Assembly (NCBI GenBank): GCA_030635465.1
Contig: DAOVYU010000001.1
Location: forward strand, 1 to 31,271
Direction: 5' to 3'
DNA from: Bacteroidales bacterium
GTDB taxonomy: Bacteria; Bacteroidota; Bacteroidia; Bacteroidales; JAADJA01
Length of the DNA stretch: 31,271 bases
A program made the translations under genes and the position numbers. The notes under the pieces were generated by a model. The model did not search any database. It had not been told where the DNA came from and was given only the letters and a program-made list of their open reading frames with translations. The stretch's first letter is position 1, and every line of letters starts with the position of its first letter. Positions 26,127-31,271 of this stretch are shown one piece after another.

Positions 26127-26322
26127 TTGTCTCAGGTTTCTTTTTTTTAGCCCATTTAGCAGTTTCTTTCAAAACCCTGGCATGAACTTTTTTCATTTCG
26201 GCATTACGTTTATTCGCAGGAATTGCCATAAAGACATGAGTTTTGCCAAACTCTTCTTTAAAATCTGCGAAGGAACGGTTATGTCCCTCCGCAAATGTTA
26301 TCCCTTTATAGGTACTTCTCAT
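26098..26322 (-). CDS. Small basic protein after the major tail protein
   Basis: ORF track; 4 nt after the MTP stop. Confidence 0.65.
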   Translation of the reverse strand: MRSTYKGITFAEGHNRSFADFKEEFGKTHVFMAIPANKRNAEMKKVHARVLKETAKWAKKKKPETSGNSKTTAK

Positions 26323-26326
26323 GATA

Positions 26327-27208
26327 TTACGTTACGGTAATTGACAATGCTTCAGGGATTTCATAATTGATGTCAACCTGTTCAATAACTCCTGTTCCAA
26401 CAACTGTAAATCCAGTTAAAAAGTCTACTCCTGTTAATTCATAAACACCATTGGCATCCGCTGCTACAAATGCGTGAGCATGTGTAGTTCCAGTTAAATC
26501 TAAAAGATCAATATCAGCAGTAACTAAATTAGTTACCAATGTACCACCGGCACAATGAGAAACTGCTGTAAACTTAATGGATGTAGCACTATTACCAGCT
26601 TCTTCAACTAATTCAAGATCGTAAATACCATCTAAATCATCTTTTACCAAGTCAGATTTAGTTAACACAGTATTCAATATCTCATCTTTGTCCTCGAATA
26701 TGATCTCAACAGTCACAAAAGGAACTTTCTCCTTAGTGGCCCGTTTTCGTTCAACTGTCAATGATTTGATTCTTCGACCTCGTACACGTACGCCATCAGT
26801 ATCATAAACACCGGAATAGTCAGCATCTTCATTGAATTCGAATAATTCCAGGTATTCATCATTGTCCTCATAGGATTTCAATGTCTCATAAGCGCAAACG
26901 CTCAAATACATTTCACCGGTTAATATATCGGCTCCTTTTATCGTTCTTTTCTTGAAATTACCACTTTCAAAGAACGTGTCCTCTGTACTTCCGTCTGCCA
27001 CCTCATAGATGTCAAACAATGGTACAAGATTCTTTGCTACAATAGCAGCTTTCCATGTTGCTACCGTTTCAAAAGCTGCTACGGTTGCAAATGCAAACTG
27101 TTTTGATATAATGGGAAGTGTCAGTAAGCTCTCTAAACAATCCGGTTTTCTAAACCCTGTGTTCTTGGCCTGATCTTCACTTACGCATATTTTATTATAT
27201 GTGCTCAT
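26327..27208 (-). CDS. Major tail (tube) protein with a C-terminal Ig-like extension
   Basis: Position and size (293 aa); N-terminal NTG...C pattern; beta-rich C-terminus. Confidence 0.75.
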   Translation of the reverse strand: MSTYNKICVSEDQAKNTGFRKPDCLESLLTLPIISKQFAFATVAAFETVATWKAAIVAKNLVPLFDIYEVADGSTEDTFFESGNFKKRTIKGADILTGEMYLSVCAYETLKSYEDNDEYLELFEFNEDADYSGVYDTDGVRVRGRRIKSLTVERKRATKEKVPFVTVEIIFEDKDEILNTVLTKSDLVKDDLDGIYDLELVEEAGNSATSIKFTAVSHCAGGTLVTNLVTADIDLLDLTGTTHAHAFVAADANGVYELTGVDFLTGFTVVGTGVIEQVDINYEIPEALSITVT

Positions 27209-27233
27209 TTTTTTATTTGTTTTTAATTATTTT

Positions 27234-27716
27234 TTATGGAATACATCCATCGTTAAATTTTACTTCAATTGTTAACGTTTTAGCGTCCCAAAGATCAATA
27301 GTGAAATTTTTATCTGTTTCCGAATAATTCGGATAGTTAAAAATAACCCAATTCAGATCCCGGACAGCAGAAAGTTTTGAATTGCGTAACTTCTGAATAA
27401 AAGTATCTGTCAAAGGATTCAACACAACATCAAAAGATCTTAAATATCTCTCATCGTTATACAAATCTTTATTAGATTCCCTGGTTGCAATAACAAAATT
27501 ACATGATTTAAGAACTGATGTCCCCCTATCCGTATGTGGATCTGGGGTAGGCAACAACCAAATTAATGGATATGCATCCGGTTTTTTCAGTAAATACCTT
27601 TTCAATTCGTGCTTATGCCCCCAACCGAAAAACGGTGTATTGGAAACATTATCATTCAATCGAATTTCATCAATGGTACCTACTATACTTCTTAAACTGT
27701 GTTCTACAACTATCAA
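27234..27716 (-). CDS. Tail completion / terminator-like protein
   Basis: Position upstream of the MTP; YPLIWL and acidic C-terminal beta strand. Confidence 0.55.
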   Translation of the reverse strand: MIVVEHSLRSIVGTIDEIRLNDNVSNTPFFGWGHKHELKRYLLKKPDAYPLIWLLPTPDPHTDRGTSVLKSCNFVIATRESNKDLYNDERYLRSFDVVLNPLTDTFIQKLRNSKLSAVRDLNWVIFNYPNYSETDKNFTIDLWDAKTLTIEVKFNDGCIP

Positions 27717-28372
27717 AATCCAAATCTGTTATAAGGTTGATAAACTTTGAATTCAAAATCAGGAAATGCAGTAGCATCCAATTCATTTTGATCTACCAAA
27801 TACTGATACAATGAAACTCTTATATCATCTTCCCGTGTGAAACTATCTGATGCTTCTATGAATCTATTATCAGTTAAATCATGAAGATTACCTTGATATT
27901 TATCCATAAACTCACCCCAATTCCTTACATATTTTGTAAGTGCATCGGCACTATCTGCTGTATCAGATGTACTTCTGATAACGCCAATAATGGTATAAGT
28001 CAATTCATCGTTTCTTTGATATTGGCAAGCTACAAAAAAAGCAATCAAACTTTGTTTTGAATAGCCTTGCAATCCATCCCATCGTTTAACTTTATCATCA
28101 ATTGTATAGTCCTTACCTAAAATTAAATCCTGCCATTTCTGAGCAGCTGTCTCTGCATGTTCAGGGTCAAATGGCTTTTTAGCAAATTCAGCTACTAACT
28201 CATTATAGAGTGTTACGCCTAAAGCATTTAATAATAAATCACGTTCATATTTATCAATAGTAGCATCTAATTCAGCCGTTACCGTTGGGGCTCCAACAGG
28301 TTGTGCGTTTATATCTGTCTTACCAGGAATCCTAGCTTCTAATACTTCAAAATATGTGGTGTCAATTATCAT
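27713..28372 (-). CDS. Head-tail connector/adaptor-like protein
   Basis: Position after the capsid gene; helical, 219 aa. Confidence 0.55.
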   Translation of the reverse strand: MIIDTTYFEVLEARIPGKTDINAQPVGAPTVTAELDATIDKYERDLLLNALGVTLYNELVAEFAKKPFDPEHAETAAQKWQDLILGKDYTIDDKVKRWDGLQGYSKQSLIAFFVACQYQRNDELTYTIIGVIRSTSDTADSADALTKYVRNWGEFMDKYQGNLHDLTDNRFIEASDSFTREDDIRVSLYQYLVDQNELDATAFPDFEFKVYQPYNRFGF

Positions 28373-28605
28373 TTTTTAGCTTTTCTTGAACCTTTTCCCC
28401 TCCCTTTTTTCTTGGGAGCAGGTTTTGGTTTCGTTTCCTTTTTAACAGGAGGTTTTGACGCCTCCTGCTCTTTATTTTCTATGATTTCTTCTGAAACCTT
28501 ATCTTCAGCAAATGATAATTTAAGCCTAGTACGCCTAGCCCTTACTTTGAGCTCCCGTGCTAATTGCTTAATCTTACCTTCACTTCCTTCGATTTTTAAA
28601 ATCAT
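28369..28605 (-). CDS. Small protein with a Lys/Pro-rich C-terminus
   Basis: ORF track; typical post-capsid small gene. Confidence 0.65.
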   Translation of the reverse strand: MILKIEGSEGKIKQLARELKVRARRTRLKLSFAEDKVSEEIIENKEQEASKPPVKKETKPKPAPKKKGRGKGSRKAKK

Positions 28606-28615
28606 AATTCAGCTA

Positions 28616-30316
28616 TTACGCAGTTTCTAATTGAGTTTTCGCAGTACTGAATTTACCAAATATAAACCAGTAAGGATTATAGATTGGGAAGATTATCTCT
28701 TCTTCAATAACCACTACGATCTCATTTTTCCTAACAGTTTCTACATCTTCAACGAATTGGATATTCAAAGGAGTAAATTCCTTTAATTCAACACCGTTTC
28801 TTGAGAAGTCCCCATTCAACCATTTACCGTAAGGCATGGCAGTAGTAAAGGCAACCGGTTTCCCGTTTACACCTGTAACTCTACCATTGGCATCTTTAGA
28901 AATATTAAGATAGTTACCTTGAGTATCCTTCAACAATCCCATTTGAGTACCTTGAGATGGATGTATTACATAACCTGTGTTAACATATTCACCAGCTTCC
29001 AACTGAGCATCTGCAACAGCCAATACATCATATTCCTGTGCTAAATCTATACCTAAATAGAATGGAGAAGTAGATGATCCAGTCCATGCACTTGTGTCAG
29101 CCTCAGTAACGAATGTAAGGTCAATAATTACCTGAGTAGTATTGATTACTTCAATTGAACTATGAGTGGCATTATACGTACCCTCAGAAGCGTTTGCAAT
29201 TGTCAGGTTATCACCATTTCTTAAATTGTGAACTGCTGCAAATGTGATCAATGCTTGAGTACCTGCATTGTAAGTTGCAACACTTGAAATTGCACCAGCT
29301 GTATAGGTATTAGGTGCTAAATCAAATGCCTGGGCATCATTAGCCAAACCTTTTACATTATTCCCTGCACCGTCACCAAACAGTAACTGAACATCCTCCA
29401 CGAATAAAGTAGCGTCCGGTAATTTGGCCAATACTTTATTTATAACAAATTGAAGTCCATTAGTTTTAATTTCTCTTTTGGAAATTCTCATTGAGTTCGC
29501 AATACGTTTCAATCCCCAGGTGTTTTCTTTAGATTTGAATACACTTTCTGCAGCTTCTGCGTTCTCTGCCAACATAGTAGCTCCTAAAGTTAATGCATCC
29601 GTATAATCATATACCTGACCAGAAACAATCTGAGCCTGATCTGTCATACTTACATTCAATAAGTCTCTAACATGAGTCATCCTGGTAGGAGCATCATCCC
29701 GTACAATATCTGAAATCTCGCTAATCATTACGGTACCCGTATGACTTGACGTATCAACTGTTGCTTTGGTGGCAACATCTTTCAAGGATACTTCACCCTT
29801 TACTGAATCAAGACACATTTTATTTGATGCCCCTTTAAAGCCACGTCCTTCAAATTCTGTAAAGGCCTCAGAATTAAATGCTAATTTAATCAATCCTTCA
29901 ATCTGATTTCTTCGGCTTATTTTCCTACGAACATCCGGGATTTGATATTGCCCGTCTTTCATTTTTGTGATTTCAGTACCTTGTATTTTAGCAATATCCT
30001 TAATTTCCTTTGCTAAATCCGTCACTGTTTTTACTTCCTTTTTAAGATCATCAATCGTTTGGACATATTTAGTCAACGCCTCTACCGGCATATCCTTAAT
30101 AGTCTTATTGAAATCTGATTTAACTGTTTCGATTTCCTCTTTTGTAAGGAAATTTTTAGTTGCTTTTTCCAGCTTCCCATCAAAATCAGCTATCATTTCA
30201 GCTCTTTGATGTTCTGATTTGTCTGCAGTATATTGTGCCAATTCCTCAACAGTCAGAGCTTCTTTTTGCTCTTTTGTGATATCGACAAACTTACCGTCTT
30301 TCATCCAAATTTTCAT
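28616..30316 (-). CDS. HK97-fold major capsid protein with long delta domain and inserted domain
   Basis: N-terminal coiled coil; ENAEAAES, ED.QLLFGDGAGNNVKGL, VIHPS..LLKDTQGNYL, GKWL.GDF, NEIVVVIEEE. Confidence 0.93.
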   Translation of the reverse strand: MKIWMKDGKFVDITKEQKEALTVEELAQYTADKSEHQRAEMIADFDGKLEKATKNFLTKEEIETVKSDFNKTIKDMPVEALTKYVQTIDDLKKEVKTVTDLAKEIKDIAKIQGTEITKMKDGQYQIPDVRRKISRRNQIEGLIKLAFNSEAFTEFEGRGFKGASNKMCLDSVKGEVSLKDVATKATVDTSSHTGTVMISEISDIVRDDAPTRMTHVRDLLNVSMTDQAQIVSGQVYDYTDALTLGATMLAENAEAAESVFKSKENTWGLKRIANSMRISKREIKTNGLQFVINKVLAKLPDATLFVEDVQLLFGDGAGNNVKGLANDAQAFDLAPNTYTAGAISSVATYNAGTQALITFAAVHNLRNGDNLTIANASEGTYNATHSSIEVINTTQVIIDLTFVTEADTSAWTGSSTSPFYLGIDLAQEYDVLAVADAQLEAGEYVNTGYVIHPSQGTQMGLLKDTQGNYLNISKDANGRVTGVNGKPVAFTTAMPYGKWLNGDFSRNGVELKEFTPLNIQFVEDVETVRKNEIVVVIEEEIIFPIYNPYWFIFGKFSTAKTQLETA

Positions 30317-30327
30317 AAGTGTAAATT

Positions 30328-31176
30328 TTAATTTGTTAAATGTTTATAAAATTCCTTTTTACTTTCCTGAAGTGCCTGTTCAGCGGCCTCAGTCTTTTCA
30401 AGAAGTGCTTGTTCAGCGGCTTCTTTTGTTTCCTTTGAGTCTGTAATTGGCCCGGTAGCTGCATTGCTACCAAATATAACCAAACTACTCTCATGTATGT
30501 TTTTAGCCTCGGATACTGCCCAGAAAAAGAATATTTCTTCGAAGTCATCCTTATTGGCTATTATTTTTATGTATTTATCATACCTTTTTTTGTAGGTAAT
30601 GTCATCTTCATCATCGCTATTCAAAGCTAATTCGATGGTTACATATTGCATTCTCACACTAGCTTCGATATCATCACCACTTTCTAACCAATCTTTAGCC
30701 GTTTTGTTAATTACTTTATTTTTGGCCACCTTGTAAATTAATACTTGAGTTTTACCTTCATATGTTTTCCCAATCATACTGAATGGAATCATAGCGATCA
30801 ACATTTTCACATATTCTTTCTTAACAATTACCTTGTCCAACTCAAGCATGTGATCGGCCACTAAATAATTTTTACCTTGTTGGGCCGGTACAGTAATATC
30901 CCAAATACCATTAAGATGTAAATCATCATGGTGATCTAAAATTCTAGTGGAATTAACTGCTATGTAATAGTGATGATCATCTATTTTTAATCCTTTGATT
31001 TGATCGGATAATTTAGAGGAGTCAAGGGCTTTAGCAATCACACCGGCCCCTTTTTCACAAGACTTTTGAATCTTAGACTTTTTAAAAGCAATGATTTGAT
31101 TTTCATTAGCCTTTAATTCTTTAAACATTTCCTCTTTATTAACGAAATCCCGATTAAGTGCTTTACAATGTATCAT
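30328..31176 (-). CDS. HK97-type prohead maturation protease
   Basis: N.T.ILD.H.D.H, ADH (catalytic His), EASVRMQYV (Ser), IHESSLVIFGSN.AT; upstream of the capsid gene. Confidence 0.85.
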   Translation of the reverse strand: MIHCKALNRDFVNKEEMFKELKANENQIIAFKKSKIQKSCEKGAGVIAKALDSSKLSDQIKGLKIDDHHYYIAVNSTRILDHHDDLHLNGIWDITVPAQQGKNYLVADHMLELDKVIVKKEYVKMLIAMIPFSMIGKTYEGKTQVLIYKVAKNKVINKTAKDWLESGDDIEASVRMQYVTIELALNSDDEDDITYKKRYDKYIKIIANKDDFEEIFFFWAVSEAKNIHESSLVIFGSNAATGPITDSKETKEAAEQALLEKTEAAEQALQESKKEFYKHLTN

Positions 31177-31271
31177 TTCAAGACTGTTTTATTTCCTTTC
31201 AAAATATCCAATTTCTTCCTAATGGATTCTTTTAATTTAGGATCGTTAGTATTCTTTTTTATTTTTTCTAT
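31173..31271 (-). CDS. 3' end of an upstream ORF (partial)
   Basis: My translation ...IEKIKKNTNDPKLKESIRKKLDILKGNKTVLK*; ATGA overlap with the protease start. Confidence 0.65.
   Translation of the reverse strand: MEKIKKNTNDPKLKESIRKKLDILKGNKTVLK

Larger units (their letters stand above)
1..31271 (-). mobile_element. Siphovirus-like phage/prophage segment, probable Bacteroidota (Flavobacteriia-like) host
   Basis: Co-oriented head, tail, TMP, fibre, lysis and recombination genes; TAnnTTTG promoter boxes; signal peptides with +1 Gln; no host genes or att site seen. Confidence 0.93.

Noticed and set aside
26141-26148. Classical -1 frameshift at A AAA AAG
   Set aside because: The -1 frame terminates after two codons (GAA ACC TGA); only the +1/-2 option is kept as a weak finding
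3402-30548. Plus-strand and nested minus-strand ORFs in the track (e.g. 4378-4878+, 23190-23639+, 19408-19737+, 27566-27814-, 30336-30548-)
   Set aside because: They lie inside longer, motif-bearing minus-strand genes and show no recognisable motifs; shadow ORFs. Only 15031-15228(+) has its own gap and promoter
1-31271. Stop-codon reassignment as seen in some Bacteroidota phages
   Set aside because: Genes tile the window intact under the standard code; the apparent gaps are filled by small ORFs or regulatory sequence

Overview
The window is a contiguous piece of an AT-rich tailed-phage (or prophage) genome. The host is probably in Bacteroidota, based on TAnnTTTG -7 promoter boxes and signal peptides that end at a +1 Gln. 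Almost every real gene is on the minus strand. In transcription order (right to left): prohead protease, an HK97-fold major capsid protein with an inserted beta-domain, head-tail and tail genes, a 1283-aa tape measure protein, tail-tip and fibre genes, an enlarged lysis cassette around a T7-type amidase, a ~350-bp intergenic region with three tandem promoters and structured-RNA candidates, an early operon (Cro-like HTH, RecT-like annealase, YqaJ-like exonuclease, many small ORFs), and a SNF2-like helicase plus amino-DNA-methyltransferase behind a pseudoknot/attenuator-like leader. The most striking observation is two parallel fibre-adaptor / adhesin / chaperone-like gene triads. One has no signal peptides (17218-18889). 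In the other (9706-13619) all three proteins carry Sec signal peptides, implying export of tail-fibre-type proteins out of the cytoplasm. All family assignments come from motif recognition by eye; no database searches were run.
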